A stretch of 24,513 bases of DNA, from UHGV virus genome UHGV-0864142; one strand, written 5' to 3'. Positions 1 through 9,866 of the stretch are shown piece by piece; positions within the stretch are counted from its first letter, which is position 1, and every line of letters begins with the position of its first letter. Source of the stretch: a virus. The notes below the pieces were generated by a model. The model made no database searches, had not been told where the DNA came from, and saw only the letters and a list, made by a program, of their open reading frames with translations. Made by a program: the position numbers and the translations under genes.

Positions 1-311
1 TTGCGTGCGGCGAACGATGTGACGCACTGAACGGTGGTGTTAGTCAGAATGTATCTCCAGAACGACAGCCCGATTTCCTTGCTGAAGCCGCGAATCTCTG
101 GCAGGTACATGGCGTGGCAATCGAATGTCAGCGGCTGAATCTCCTGATAGTAAACAATGCCGCCGAACTGACCGTGCACGTTCACCTCAAAGTAACGGCA
201 ATCAGGTTTGTAGTCGTATCCATCACCGTTGTTGCTCCCGGCAATAATGTCAGGGTGATTTCCGACTGCTTCTATCAGGTCGATGTTTCGCGTTGGTTTG
301 AACTGAATCAT
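1..311 (-). CDS. Virion protein encoded directly downstream of the tail needle (P22 gene 14 position); N-terminal 103 codons only, runs off the window start
   Basis: ATG at 311..309 overlaps the needle stop (TAATG). Frame is open to position 3 ([37 protein letters not shown]...). Product is guessed from position only. Confidence 0.5.
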   Translation of the reverse strand, partial: MIQFKPTRNIDLIEAVGNHPDIIAGSNNGDGYDYKPDCRYFEVNVHGQFGGIVYYQEIQPLTFDCHAMYLPEIRGFSKEIGLSFWRYILTNTTVQCVTSFAAR

Positions 312-1264
312 TACTGCTCCGCGATTATCTTGATGGTTGTGGCAGTAAACGCCGCACCATTCGACTGAATGGTTAACGTGCTGCCATTTGTGGCAAGAAA
401 GCCGTCTTTATCCACGCTGAAGAACGTAGCTAACAGGATGTTATCGGTAGTTGTCGCCGAGTTGCGGCTGCTTACCAGTGTGTCAGGAACAGAGCCGGAA
501 AAGGTTAGCTGCATTGACCTGTTGGCTGTTCCGCTGGGCCACGTCCCAACGATCGACAGCTTGAAGAACAAGGTTTTGTTCTCGTTGAACACAACCATCT
601 TGTTGTTAACGGTGTCGAAGAATGGTGCCAACGTGCCGGATGACGGCGTGAGCGTTTTCAGCAGGCTAACAAGGTTAGTCGGCGCTGTCGGGATGGTTAC
701 AGATACTCCTGAGTAAACAACCTCTGATTTCTTGCGCGTGGTGGCATACTCAAGCGCAGATATTCTTGTTGAGTGATCACCAACTGTGCTCTGTAGCGTC
801 GAAATACTTCCTTCTGCCGCTGTGAGCCTGGTATCAAGTGCGTCGATATCGGTTGTATTCTGAGTTATGCGCGCATCATGGTTTGCTAACTCAGATTCAT
901 TGGCAGCAATTCGCGTCTCGTGATCAGCCAGCTCTGTTTCAGCAGCCGTAATCCTTGTTTCATGATCTGCAAGAGTGCTTTCCGCTGCTGCGATTCTATG
1001 TTCATGATTGATGAGAGTTGCTTCAGCAGCTTCAATTCTGGATTCATGGTCTGCAAGGGTGACATCCTGCTCATCATTCTTCACCTGTGCATCATAAGCC
1101 CCCTTCCCTGCTTCGTTGGCCTTGTTCGCCACGTTACCAACATCAGTACCCTGTGCGATAACGTACAGCAGATATGACTGCGAGAAGATATTGCGTGGAA
1201 GGACTGATGTGTCTAGCCGTGTAGCCTGGATGATTACCGGCTCATTGAGATTAGAATCAGCCAT
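311..1264 (-). CDS. Tail needle / cell-envelope-penetrating protein (P22 gp26 family) with C-terminal knob domain, 317 aa
   Basis: N-terminus [18 protein letters not shown]...[14 protein letters not shown]...[13 protein letters not shown] matches the P22 gp26 N-terminal tip as I recall it. Followed by LADHExRIxAAE heptad repeats and a ~140 aa C-terminal extension as in Sf6/HK620-type knobbed needles. ATG at 1264..1262 overlaps the gp10 stop. The track ORF reaches 1366 only through a non-ATG start. Confidence 0.9.
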   Translation of the reverse strand: MADSNLNEPVIIQATRLDTSVLPRNIFSQSYLLYVIAQGTDVGNVANKANEAGKGAYDAQVKNDEQDVTLADHESRIEAAEATLINHEHRIAAAESTLADHETRITAAETELADHETRIAANESELANHDARITQNTTDIDALDTRLTAAEGSISTLQSTVGDHSTRISALEYATTRKKSEVVYSGVSVTIPTAPTNLVSLLKTLTPSSGTLAPFFDTVNNKMVVFNENKTLFFKLSIVGTWPSGTANRSMQLTFSGSVPDTLVSSRNSATTTDNILLATFFSVDKDGFLATNGSTLTIQSNGAAFTATTIKIIAEQ

Positions 1265-2682
1265 TACTCGATCCTTATCTGGCAGCCTGACAGAGTGACA
1301 GGTGACTTCGTGATAACGCGCAATTTGAAGCCAACATTTTTCCTGATGCGCCCGACTCGCTTCCACAAAACACGTTTGTCGTAAACGAACGGTTCATTCT
1401 GTTCAATCATCTGCTCACGTCCGTAATTTATGCCGTCAGTGGTTGCAGAGAGGAACAGGCGGTCGGCGTACTGCGCAACGCCAGTTGACGATTCAACCTC
1501 AAGATCGAACACTCTGGCGTTATCCGCTTTGAACAGAGGAGTAAACAGCAGATGTTCCTGTTGCTTGTCGTACTGGCTGCTGATATCGAATTGCAATTTC
1601 CCGGTCACCGATTCCAGCTTATCGCCGCACGTTATCTGATTGCCTTCGTAAATGAAGTCGATAGCGCGGTACACATCGTCATACAGTCCTGTTTTCAGTA
1701 CGCACCATTGCGGACCATTGGCGCTTGAAGATGCGTCGTACACGAGAACATGGCGCGGAAGATGGATAATCAGCAGCTCATGCGCATCAAATCGCAGCGA
1801 TTCCATCACGCCATCAGCCAGTTCATCAGCAGTGTAGGAGCGGAGGATTTTCTCAATGCTCGCACTGGCGATTGGTGACACCTGACCGGAGCCGATGATG
1901 TACACAGACGGCGCACCTGTTGCCGGATTGCTGATGAACGCATATGAATCAGAGAATGGCGTTTTGCAGTAAGTCCCGGCGATGCCTTTTTGCACCATCA
2001 GTGATGGCTGTGCGACATACAAAGCAGCACCAACGGTGGTTGCGCCAGTCAGGGAGAAATATTCAATCGTCGATGAACCAAAGCAGACGATGAAGTCTCG
2101 CCATGTTCCGATGCCGATGATACCGTCAGGCTGAGACTCAGCACGATATTGTGCGCTGTAACGGTCAGGATGCGATTCGTCTTCAAGGTCAGTGATAAAC
2201 CATGAATCAGTGCCGTCTTTTGACCACGCATAACGACCACGTAAGCTCGTAATGTCACGGACCGAACCTAACTCATACTGCGTGAATCCGCTGTCTGTAG
2301 GCCAGTTTGAGACGGTTTTAACCGTGCCATCATAGCGATACTCGACCAGTTGACCATTAACGCCTACCGCCTGTGATGTCCGACCGTGCGCCATTGATAC
2401 ACGACCACTTCCGGCAACATCACCGACTTCGCTTTCGCCCTTATACAACTTGCCACCACACACGCGATAAACAGCACTCTGCGCCATGTTGTACTCGACG
2501 CCGCGCGATACGCCGTTCACATCAGAACGTTTGGCAATGCCCGGGAATGAGCGAAGATATCCGCTGCTGTTCAGGATTTCTTTGGGTGTAGCCAGAATAT
2601 TCACTGGCAGATAGTCGATATAGTCGGCGTTTCGAAAGTCTTTGCCGACACCTTTCATAAGCGGAAGTTGCTGAATCGGCAT
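1264..2682 (-). CDS. Tail accessory / head-completion protein, P22 gp10 family (472 aa)
   Basis: Same length as P22 gp10 and same gene order (gp4, gp10, gp26). Recognised by recall. The stop overlaps the needle start. Confidence 0.85.
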   Translation of the reverse strand: MPIQQLPLMKGVGKDFRNADYIDYLPVNILATPKEILNSSGYLRSFPGIAKRSDVNGVSRGVEYNMAQSAVYRVCGGKLYKGESEVGDVAGSGRVSMAHGRTSQAVGVNGQLVEYRYDGTVKTVSNWPTDSGFTQYELGSVRDITSLRGRYAWSKDGTDSWFITDLEDESHPDRYSAQYRAESQPDGIIGIGTWRDFIVCFGSSTIEYFSLTGATTVGAALYVAQPSLMVQKGIAGTYCKTPFSDSYAFISNPATGAPSVYIIGSGQVSPIASASIEKILRSYTADELADGVMESLRFDAHELLIIHLPRHVLVYDASSSANGPQWCVLKTGLYDDVYRAIDFIYEGNQITCGDKLESVTGKLQFDISSQYDKQQEHLLFTPLFKADNARVFDLEVESSTGVAQYADRLFLSATTDGINYGREQMIEQNEPFVYDKRVLWKRVGRIRKNVGFKLRVITKSPVTLSGCQIRIE

Positions 2683-2691
2683 TTATTCACC

Positions 2692-3153
2692 TCACGTACT
2701 CGGATCATCTTTCTCGATGTAAAACCGATTCCACGTAAACGCGCTTTTGTTACCACTACCGCGAGGCATGTCATTTCGCCGCTCAAGTGGTGGTATTTTG
2801 GTTAAAGCGATGCAGATTGTCTGATATGCACTGTCAGCAGCGGTAAGGAGAGCGTCTGACGGCTGAATGACGTTATCCATGCACACTTGCACAGCGAGTT
2901 TCAAAGCGACGCCATCATTTGCCCATGCAGGGATACCTGAATCATCGTCAGGTAACGGCATGATGCCGTTTTCTGTATCAGCAAACTGATACCCAAGCTC
3001 GATACCTTTAGCCTGCCATGCTGCCATCATGTCTTCGAGGTCATTAATGGCATCTTCAATTGCCTGAGGGTCAGCATCTGTCAACGTGGCATTGGAATAC
3101 AGCCCAGCTTTTCGTAAAGCCTTTAGAACGAGATCACCCTTCGTTTTCGCCAT
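2692..3153 (-). CDS. Tail accessory factor, P22 gp4 family (portal-binding head completion protein)
   Basis: 153 aa ORF directly upstream of the gp10 homolog in conserved P22-like order. Family call rests on size, position and recall. Confidence 0.8.
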   Translation of the reverse strand: MAKTKGDLVLKALRKAGLYSNATLTDADPQAIEDAINDLEDMMAAWQAKGIELGYQFADTENGIMPLPDDDSGIPAWANDGVALKLAVQVCMDNVIQPSDALLTAADSAYQTICIALTKIPPLERRNDMPRGSGNKSAFTWNRFYIEKDDPST

Positions 3154-3322
3154 CTTCTTCCGCCTTAGCCACTTTTTGCTTCGTTGCGGTTTCTTCAGGA
3201 GTTTTTACCCAACCTTTTTTCAGGTGAGATTTAACTTCTTCGTCATCAACAATGATGTAATCGACAGCAAACTGACCACAGGTGATCATGTTGCCAGGCT
3301 TATAGAGCATTGTTCGTGCCAT
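3134..3322 (-). CDS. Small hypothetical protein (62 aa) between coat and gp4 genes
   Basis: ATG at 3322 is preceded by GGGAGAAG (SD) 3 nt upstream and lies just after the coat terminator. The track ORF starts earlier at a TTG. The 3' end overlaps the gp4 start by 20 nt. Confidence 0.5.
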   Translation of the reverse strand: MARTMLYKPGNMITCGQFAVDYIIVDDEEVKSHLKKGWVKTPEETATKQKVAKAEEDGENEG

Positions 3323-3333
3323 TGTCTTCTCCC

Positions 3334-3356
3334 AATAAAAATGGGGCCGAAGCCCC
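3334..3356 (-). terminator. Intrinsic terminator downstream of coat gene (GGGGC-UUCG-GCCCC followed by AUUUUUAUU)
   Basis: Perfect 5-bp GC stem with a UUCG tetraloop and a U-rich tract on the minus strand, read directly. Likely partial, to over-express coat relative to downstream genes. Confidence 0.55.
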
Positions 3357-3363
3357 ACCAAAA

Positions 3364-4617
3364 TTACTGCCCGGCAATAACGATGCCCGTATATTCAGGA
3401 ACCAGTACAGAGCAACCGTACAGAGTGGTGAAACGCGCAGTGGTTACGCCTTTGATGTGGTCGAAGGCGTAAGACATGATCAGCGTAGCGCCCTGCTCGG
3501 TGGTTGCCGTCATTACCTGTGGACCCTGACCAGTTGGGAACGCCAGTTTGCCGTACATCAGTTCAACAGAACCATCAGCCCAGAACAGGTTAGCCGGTGC
3601 GGCATTTTTGTTGAGAATGGTGATTGCTGCGCTACTTGCCGCATTAGCATCAACGTTTGCATATGGACGGCTGGCGACATCCGCGTTGTCAGGCGGCAGA
3701 ATTTTCGGGGAGATAGTTACTGTCGTTCCGCTAACTGCCAGAACGCGGAATACCTGCGGCTGCCCGGTGGTATCTTTGGTGATCTGGTGTACGGAATTCA
3801 CCCCTGCGATGGTAAACGCATCGCCAACCTGCAAGCCTTCAGCAGATACCGTAATGGTCCCCTGTCGGTTATCCACTGGCATATCGTTAGCATCTTTCGC
3901 TTCAACCTTGTGCGCAGGTGCTGCTGCCAGCGTAATGGAAGTTGCTGTACCCTTCGGAACACGACCAGAAATATCGGTCTTGTAGCTATCGAAGGACGCA
4001 ACCGGAGGGATCTGCGCTTTTTCGTATGCTGTCAGGGTTGCGCCCTGAGCATAGGCACGGTGACCAAGCTCGCCAGCAAGGTCTTTATAGTTGAAGGGGT
4101 TCCAGAAAGAGCGGCGGTTGATACCCTGTGGTACACCAATCGCCGTCATGGTGGCATCAATACCTGCCGCACAGTTCCACAAATCACGGCCCTGTGAACC
4201 AGTGGTTGAGTCAGCCATTGTGATCACGTTAGTAGCACGCTGCGTGACCATGGAAATCAGATCAGAGTCAATCTGTGCAGCAAGGCGCATACCTGCGGCG
4301 CGACCAGCTTCAGTTTTATGTTCCGGGTCACGCATTTCACGCGCATCCAGAGTGTACAGAATGTTTTTCGGCTCCTTGAACACTGAAGGAACAAGGCGCT
4401 GAACCAGTGCTGTTGGCGTTTTGCCGCTGAGATCGAGGCCTTCCTCAATGTTCATGTGGTAATGCTGCGGACGATACAGAACATCACCTGCTCGCTGCAT
4501 TGCTGTATCACCGGGACGGAATTTTTTAGCGTTACGGGAAACTACGCAGGCGGCCTCAAAGCCTTCAACGTAGTTTTCGAACATGATTTCAAGGTCTTTT
4601 GCTAATTGGTTAGCCAT
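3364..4617 (-). CDS. Major capsid (coat) protein, P22/Sf6-like (417 aa)
   Basis: Lies between the scaffold and gp4 homologs. Size fits P22-family coat. C-terminal region (NLFWADGSVELMYGK) resembles the P22 coat motif FWADDAIRIV as recalled. Confidence 0.85.
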   Translation of the reverse strand: MANQLAKDLEIMFENYVEGFEAACVVSRNAKKFRPGDTAMQRAGDVLYRPQHYHMNIEEGLDLSGKTPTALVQRLVPSVFKEPKNILYTLDAREMRDPEHKTEAGRAAGMRLAAQIDSDLISMVTQRATNVITMADSTTGSQGRDLWNCAAGIDATMTAIGVPQGINRRSFWNPFNYKDLAGELGHRAYAQGATLTAYEKAQIPPVASFDSYKTDISGRVPKGTATSITLAAAPAHKVEAKDANDMPVDNRQGTITVSAEGLQVGDAFTIAGVNSVHQITKDTTGQPQVFRVLAVSGTTVTISPKILPPDNADVASRPYANVDANAASSAAITILNKNAAPANLFWADGSVELMYGKLAFPTGQGPQVMTATTEQGATLIMSYAFDHIKGVTTARFTTLYGCSVLVPEYTGIVIAGQ

Positions 4618-4635
4618 GCTTAATGCTCCGATAGG

Positions 4636-5529
4636 TTATTTTTTTGCCTTTTTAGCGGCGAAATACGGCGTCCAGTCACCAGTTTCCAGCGCCTTGGCTT
4701 TCAGTTTGTCGAGGTTATTGATTACTGCGCCGTTGCTCCCCTTAACTGTCGGGGTTGTGGCTGCCGTGGTTTTTGCTTTTGGCATGATTCTGGCCTTCGA
4801 TTCGATACGTTCCAGCAGACGACCAATTGCTACGGGGTTGGTAGCTTCTGCCAGTTGCTTGCGCAGTTCAGCGTTGCGACCAAGCGCCAGAACAACGATT
4901 TCCGGCTTCTCTGACTCAAACAGGATCGCGTTTTGTGTCTCGATGGGGATTTCCTCGAGTACGGCCTGTTCTGCTTCCTGATAGCCAGGAACCTTGAGAG
5001 CCTTAACACGTTGCTGATATTTGGATAATCGCTCTTGATAAGCAGCCTGAAGCTCCTGCTCCTTCTGCTTGCGAGCCTTCTCCTGTTGCTGGTACTTTCC
5101 GTTATCCTCTGCCCACTTAGCCATGCGTTGCTGATAGATTTCTTCATCGAAACCGATGTCCTCATCATCCAGTTTTGGCATTCGCGGTGGTTGAGTGATT
5201 ACTGGCTGCTGCTCGACGGGTTTCTGAGACTGACGCATCAGCTCTTTCAGCTCGCGGTCTTTCTCTTTAATCGTCTTGCGCAGGTGTTTTACCAGTCCAT
5301 GCTCTGCGCTATCTTCGCTGGTTGGCGAATCCAGCTTTTCGTCACCAAAGTAGAATTCCTGTTCTGATTCGTCGTCATCAGTTTCAGTAGCTTCCTCTGC
5401 ATCATTGCCGGAGGACTCACTGCCATCTTCTGTTTCGACTTCTTCAGCCAGTTCGACATCATCAGGAATCTGCTCTGATGTATCGGTTTCGATTTCAACT
5501 TCTGGTGTGTTTTCTGCCATCTGGTCCAT
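4636..5529 (-). CDS. Scaffolding protein (297 aa)
   Basis: Highly acidic N-terminus, charged coiled-coil-like middle (KEKDRELKELMRQ...EKARKQKEQELQAAYQERLSKYQQR) and basic C-terminal tail. Position between portal and coat. SD GGGG 6 nt upstream of ATG 5529. Confidence 0.75.
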   Translation of the reverse strand: MDQMAENTPEVEIETDTSEQIPDDVELAEEVETEDGSESSGNDAEEATETDDDESEQEFYFGDEKLDSPTSEDSAEHGLVKHLRKTIKEKDRELKELMRQSQKPVEQQPVITQPPRMPKLDDEDIGFDEEIYQQRMAKWAEDNGKYQQQEKARKQKEQELQAAYQERLSKYQQRVKALKVPGYQEAEQAVLEEIPIETQNAILFESEKPEIVVLALGRNAELRKQLAEATNPVAIGRLLERIESKARIMPKAKTTAATTPTVKGSNGAVINNLDKLKAKALETGDWTPYFAAKKAKK

Positions 5530-5619
5530 TTGTTACCCCTGTTTACTCGATGTTCAGCCCATCGGAAGGCAATAGGGTGCCAGGCCTCATAAAGACAGCC
5601 ATTGCACGTTATGGGTTAA

Positions 5620-7818
5620 TTACTGCTGTGGTTGTTGCTGAGTTGATTTTTGCAGGATGCTGCTGATGTCCATGCGCTGCGCATGGCCCTGTGCCTGACT
5701 TTTCAGGACAAGCTCTGCATCAGCACGGGCATTGTCTCCTTGCTGTTGCTGGAACTGTCCGAGCAGTTTCAGAGCCTCGCGGATATCAGATTTCTGCTGG
5801 CTATCGGCAGATGCGAGGATTTTCACAACATTTGCCGCTGCAACCTGAGCATCAGTCTGTGCCTGGAATGCTTTAACCTGAATGGCTGCCTGTTCGTTCT
5901 GCGCTTTCTGCAATTCAGCCTGACCAGCAAGAAGCTGACCTTGCGCAGCAACCATAGCAGGATCTGGCTGACTGGCCTGTTGTTGTTTCGCCTGCTCAAC
6001 CATCTGCTGTTCTTCTGGCGTTCTCGGCTTGATAACTCCAGACAGAAGCAACTGATTGCGGTTGTATTCTTTAAGGTCGTCCATCCCTTCGCCGTCCATA
6101 TTGTCGAGAATCATCGACGATACAAGGTCGTGCTTCGGCGTTCCTGGTGGGATAAGTGCCAGCATGGAAAGTAACGACTTAACCGTTGCATCACGGCGAG
6201 TAGCGAACGACTGACCGACATCGACAGTCACTTCATAGTTACCCTGCGAAAGGTCGTTAAGCGCGATAACCTGCCCTGTCTGACGGTCAACAACTTCACC
6301 AGTCATCAGCGCCACGTCATCGCTGCCGTCCTCATTAACGATACGCATCGGCGTATCACTGCCATAGACCTCACGCGCCATAGAAAGCCACACGACGCCA
6401 GCGCGGCGCATGGATTTAGCCATGTTGTCCATGTAGATATAGGACTGCGTATCCATCCGGTTAAAAATGCTATCAACGGTATCGGTGGCGACGTTGCTCG
6501 GCATGTTCTCAAGCTGCGACGCACCTGTAATTTGCTGAATAGCCGTTCCGGTGTATTGCAATAGCCCGGCAAGAGCTGGCGGCATTTGTGTCGGAGGTGT
6601 CCAGCCAGCAACCTGAGCTTCTGAAATGACTGTTCCGTTTTTGTCCTTCTTGCTGGTCATAGGAAGAACTGCAGGTCTTTTCTTATTCCTCTCTGCCCAG
6701 TGATTCATTAATGGGCCGGGAATGAAATCAACATCCACGATAGGAATGCCATCACCGCCAGCCTGAGTAGCGTTATCTGCAATCATAGAAACCATCAGGT
6801 TCTCAAGACGCTGTGCATCCATCGCTTTTGCTGCGTGGCCTTCTATTCGCTCCTGATTATCAACAAATGAGCGACGCCCATATACCGGGATGAGAGGAAT
6901 ATGTTCGCCCGGAATACGCTTCGGTTCTTCCAGCCATTCAGCGCCAGACAGAAGACCGCAATAAACGCGGCGCTTCTTCACCGTTCGCTCGCCAATCAGT
7001 TCGAATGCACCATCGGTCAGCTCGTCGACAATATCTTTGATTTGCTCTTCATCATAGATTGCCGTTTCTCCGCTGACAGGGTTACGCCATGCTGTGAGCT
7101 TCACCTTCTCTATGCGGACTTCGTAGTAACGTCCAACATAGATGGCATCGGGCGTTGACCAGTCATACTGAGTACCAGTGTCATCACGAGAAAGACTTGC
7201 CGCGATGGAGTCAGGGTATTCAGCCTCGAACGCTTTAGGCGTCATGGAGAACATTTCCATAGCCCACATAGCATCAGAGCGGTCATATTGCTTGCTGTCC
7301 TGATCGAAGAAGACGCATGTCGCTGGGTCGTAAACCGGGAGAAGGCTTATACGGCGTTGCTCGTTACTTGGGTCCATTTCATCTTCGTAATCAGCACACA
7401 TGCGGAAACAACCGAATCCGCCCGTTACAGCATCATCAAATGCGTTATCACACGCTTCGCCACCGGATGTTTCCTGATAATCAGCGCGGAATTTGCCGTT
7501 CATCTTTTCGGCTAACGCTTCCGATGCCTTATCGTCCTTCGGCCTGAATTTAACGCTGATGCGATTCTGTCGATACTCGCCAATGATGCGATCACATTCA
7601 CGGGCAATCTTATTCAGTTCAAAGCGCGGGTAATGCTCAAACCTGCCCTCATCAAATGAGTAACCAGCGTTTGTACTGCCTTCCCACTGTGCGCCGGACA
7701 CCCGGACGAAACGTTGAGCCTCAATAATCTGCTCACGCATATCCTGCGTTGCTGACCAGGCATTATCAAAGTTGCACAGCACCTTGCGATGCCAGTCAGT
7801 CATCTTTTTTTCTGCCAT
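5620..7818 (-). CDS. Portal protein (P22 gp1 family, 732 aa) with long C-terminal helical barrel
   Basis: Strong recalled similarity to P22 portal (GEHIP-IPV-G; PEEQQ...QQDPAMV-AQG-LL-GQAEL-KAQN; ARA-AEL-LK; QRMDI--ILQ). Confidence 0.95.
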   Translation of the reverse strand: MAEKKMTDWHRKVLCNFDNAWSATQDMREQIIEAQRFVRVSGAQWEGSTNAGYSFDEGRFEHYPRFELNKIARECDRIIGEYRQNRISVKFRPKDDKASEALAEKMNGKFRADYQETSGGEACDNAFDDAVTGGFGCFRMCADYEDEMDPSNEQRRISLLPVYDPATCVFFDQDSKQYDRSDAMWAMEMFSMTPKAFEAEYPDSIAASLSRDDTGTQYDWSTPDAIYVGRYYEVRIEKVKLTAWRNPVSGETAIYDEEQIKDIVDELTDGAFELIGERTVKKRRVYCGLLSGAEWLEEPKRIPGEHIPLIPVYGRRSFVDNQERIEGHAAKAMDAQRLENLMVSMIADNATQAGGDGIPIVDVDFIPGPLMNHWAERNKKRPAVLPMTSKKDKNGTVISEAQVAGWTPPTQMPPALAGLLQYTGTAIQQITGASQLENMPSNVATDTVDSIFNRMDTQSYIYMDNMAKSMRRAGVVWLSMAREVYGSDTPMRIVNEDGSDDVALMTGEVVDRQTGQVIALNDLSQGNYEVTVDVGQSFATRRDATVKSLLSMLALIPPGTPKHDLVSSMILDNMDGEGMDDLKEYNRNQLLLSGVIKPRTPEEQQMVEQAKQQQASQPDPAMVAAQGQLLAGQAELQKAQNEQAAIQVKAFQAQTDAQVAAANVVKILASADSQQKSDIREALKLLGQFQQQQGDNARADAELVLKSQAQGHAQRMDISSILQKSTQQQPQQ

Positions 7819-7819
7819 A

Positions 7820-9235
7820 TCAACCTACACCACAAGGAATTGAGTAACTGGAATAGTCGGGTTGCGCAGCCGACTCCGGGCAATGCATACACATCATCAG
7901 CGCATCAGCCAGGTTAGGAGATGGAATACCGAGCTTCTGCTTCATTTCGACCTTAGTCATAAGCTCCAGCTTCCCGTTATTATTGAATTTGCGCTGAATC
8001 TGCGTCAGTTCTGCAAACAGCTTCTCCAGCATCTTCTCGCCTATCACTTCTTTGTCGAAACTCAGCATGTCGTCGGGGTCTGCATACTCACCGTGGACAA
8101 CCGCCCGATATGTCAGATACAGCCTGTCAGCCAGCGCGTAATAGAATTGCGCTCGCTTATTGCGGAACACATCACCAATAGTGCGAACGTTGTCGCCCTG
8201 TACGACTTCATCAGCCCACGCTCCGGCCTGATACGGTGCATCTTCATCGAATGGCGATTCGCTGCCCTTGAACATCGTGGCGGTGATTTTCTTGCCGGAG
8301 AACGCTTCCGTTGTCTGTCTGCGTAGCCCGGCACCAACACCATCACCATCCCACAAATAGTGGTCAGCGCCGTCTTCAATCGCCAGCGAAGTTGCCCAGT
8401 CAGCACCTTCATTGATGTCCATCAGCAGGCCTTCGGCAATGCGCTTAACTACCGAACCGTGACGCGATGCATAACCTTTAGCATCTGGCCCTGTATCTGA
8501 TGGGTCATGCGCAGAGACAACAGCGCCTTTCGCTTTCCATCCGAGTTTCTTGTGCGCATCGGTTGCGGCTTCAAGCCATTCACGTTTGATGATTGCCATA
8601 TCACTTGCGCTTACTGGCTCACCAAGCCAGATGTGACGATACAGTGTCGGATTTCTGCGTTTGCACTCTTCCATCTCCAGACGGAGAACTTCAGGAAAGT
8701 GCGGGTTGTCGGTGTAGTTCACCGTCAGCAGGCAAATATCATCGGGAGGATTTACGACGAACCGCTGATAGGTATCGTCGAGGATGTTCTTCGGGTTAAA
8801 GCTCACCCATATTTCAGAGAACGGCTTACGGATGGTTGGGATCAGGATATCCCACGACTCCTTTGTTACCGCTTCCGCTTCTTCCACCCAGCAGATATCA
8901 ATGCCTTCGAGCGATTTAATCTTCGTCGGGTTGTTTTTAATGCCGTAGAACATGAATTCAGCATTCGTTCCGAGATGACGAATCATGGAACGCTGAATTT
9001 CAAACTCAGCCGAATACCCTTCCCGCTCTATGGTGTCTTCAAGCAACCGGATTACCGAATCGCTGATACTGTTTTGCAGTTCACGAGCGCAGAGAATACG
9101 CACTGGCTGACGACGCGCCGCTTCAACAAGCAGCCTCGCAATTGCCCATGACTTACCGCTACCTCGACCGCCTTTGGCGACTTTGTAGCGATGCGCCTCA
9201 ATGAACGGTTCAAAGATAGGATTAATCGAGGTCAT
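7820..9235 (-). CDS. Terminase large subunit (TerL), Sf6 gp2-like
   Basis: Walker A KGGRGSGKS near the N-terminus. N-terminal sequence MTSINPIFEPFIEAHRYKVAKGGRGSGKSWAIARLL matches Sf6 gp2 as recalled. 471 aa. 4-nt ATGA overlap with terS. Confidence 0.93.
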   Translation of the reverse strand: MTSINPIFEPFIEAHRYKVAKGGRGSGKSWAIARLLVEAARRQPVRILCARELQNSISDSVIRLLEDTIEREGYSAEFEIQRSMIRHLGTNAEFMFYGIKNNPTKIKSLEGIDICWVEEAEAVTKESWDILIPTIRKPFSEIWVSFNPKNILDDTYQRFVVNPPDDICLLTVNYTDNPHFPEVLRLEMEECKRRNPTLYRHIWLGEPVSASDMAIIKREWLEAATDAHKKLGWKAKGAVVSAHDPSDTGPDAKGYASRHGSVVKRIAEGLLMDINEGADWATSLAIEDGADHYLWDGDGVGAGLRRQTTEAFSGKKITATMFKGSESPFDEDAPYQAGAWADEVVQGDNVRTIGDVFRNKRAQFYYALADRLYLTYRAVVHGEYADPDDMLSFDKEVIGEKMLEKLFAELTQIQRKFNNNGKLELMTKVEMKQKLGIPSPNLADALMMCMHCPESAAQPDYSSYSIPCGVG

Positions 9236-9654
9236 TTTCCGAACAGAGTGCTCATCGGTGATGTTTCAATCTGAATTGCGCCGCCGTCCTTACCGACAAG
9301 CTCGTTAGTTACCTTGTCGCCATACTTACGGGGATTCATTCGGGTCAGCGCCCATTTGCGGGTATCAACGCGAAGTCTTGCCTTTGCCACCTCAGCAGCA
9401 TCTGGAATCGCAGTGTCCGCAATTTCGAATATCTCTTCGAAAATAGAATCAGCTCGTGCCTCAGTTGCCTTCGCGTACTTGTCGCGAAAATCCTCATGCT
9501 TTGCCAACCAGCGGAAAACAGTGGACTTATCCGGCATACCAGGACGCTTACATACTTTCAGCAAACTTTCGCCAGAAGAAAGCAACGAGCAGATATCGTC
9601 AGCCACCTCCGGCATATAATCAGAGGGGCGACCAGCTTTTGGTTCAGTCGCCAT
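9232..9654 (-). CDS. Terminase small subunit (TerS), Sf6 gp1-like (140 aa)
   Basis: 140 aa, as Sf6 gp1. Sequence MATEPKAGRPSDYMPEVADDICSLLSSGESLLKVCKRPGMPDKSTVFRWL recalled as Sf6 small terminase. Directly precedes terL. Confidence 0.88.
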   Translation of the reverse strand: MATEPKAGRPSDYMPEVADDICSLLSSGESLLKVCKRPGMPDKSTVFRWLAKHEDFRDKYAKATEARADSIFEEIFEIADTAIPDAAEVAKARLRVDTRKWALTRMNPRKYGDKVTNELVGKDGGAIQIETSPMSTLFGK

Positions 9655-9677
9655 ATTTATCTCACTTAATTGTCATT

Positions 9678-9857
9678 TCAGGCTGAGGACTCTTTCGCGC
9701 CTTCAATCAGTGACTGCTTCAGCAATTCGAGTGTGCCAATCGCCTCGCATAAACTGATTTCACCATCGTAATCATGGATGACGCTTTCCAGCCTCTCGTA
9801 TAGCTCTTGAGTAATTGGGAATTTCTTCTCCTTACCAAGATCAACGACGCTTGTCAT
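9678..9857 (-). CDS. Small hypothetical protein (59 aa) upstream of terS
   Basis: Not in the supplied track (below its size cutoff). ATG 9857..9855 with AGGAA about 6 nt upstream; open to TGA at 9680..9678. Translates MTSVVDLGKEKKFPITQELYERLESVIHDYDGEISLCEAIGTLELLKQSLIEGAKESSA. Confidence 0.4.
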   Translation of the reverse strand: MTSVVDLGKEKKFPITQELYERLESVIHDYDGEISLCEAIGTLELLKQSLIEGAKESSA

Positions 9858-9866
9858 AGAGGATTC

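Noticed and set aside
114-716. Plus-strand ORFs 114..368 and 369..716
   Set aside because: They lie antisense to the tail needle and the downstream virion gene, which have clear homology or operon context. No RBS support. Typical shadow ORFs.
311-1366. Track ORF extending the tail needle 34 codons upstream to 1366
   Set aside because: The extension starts at a non-ATG codon and overlaps the gp10 coding sequence. The needle N-terminus MADSNL... begins at ATG 1264, which overlaps the gp10 stop.
3310-4197. 295-aa plus-strand ORF (and others at 3548..3985, 4091..4402) inside the coat gene
   Set aside because: Antisense to the coat protein; Cys/Arg-rich low-complexity translation typical of reverse-frame artefacts in GC-balanced genes.
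5650-9151. Plus-strand ORFs within portal and terminase (for example 5650..6174, 7862..8326, 8507..9151)
   Set aside because: All are antisense to strongly supported portal and TerL genes and lack start context.
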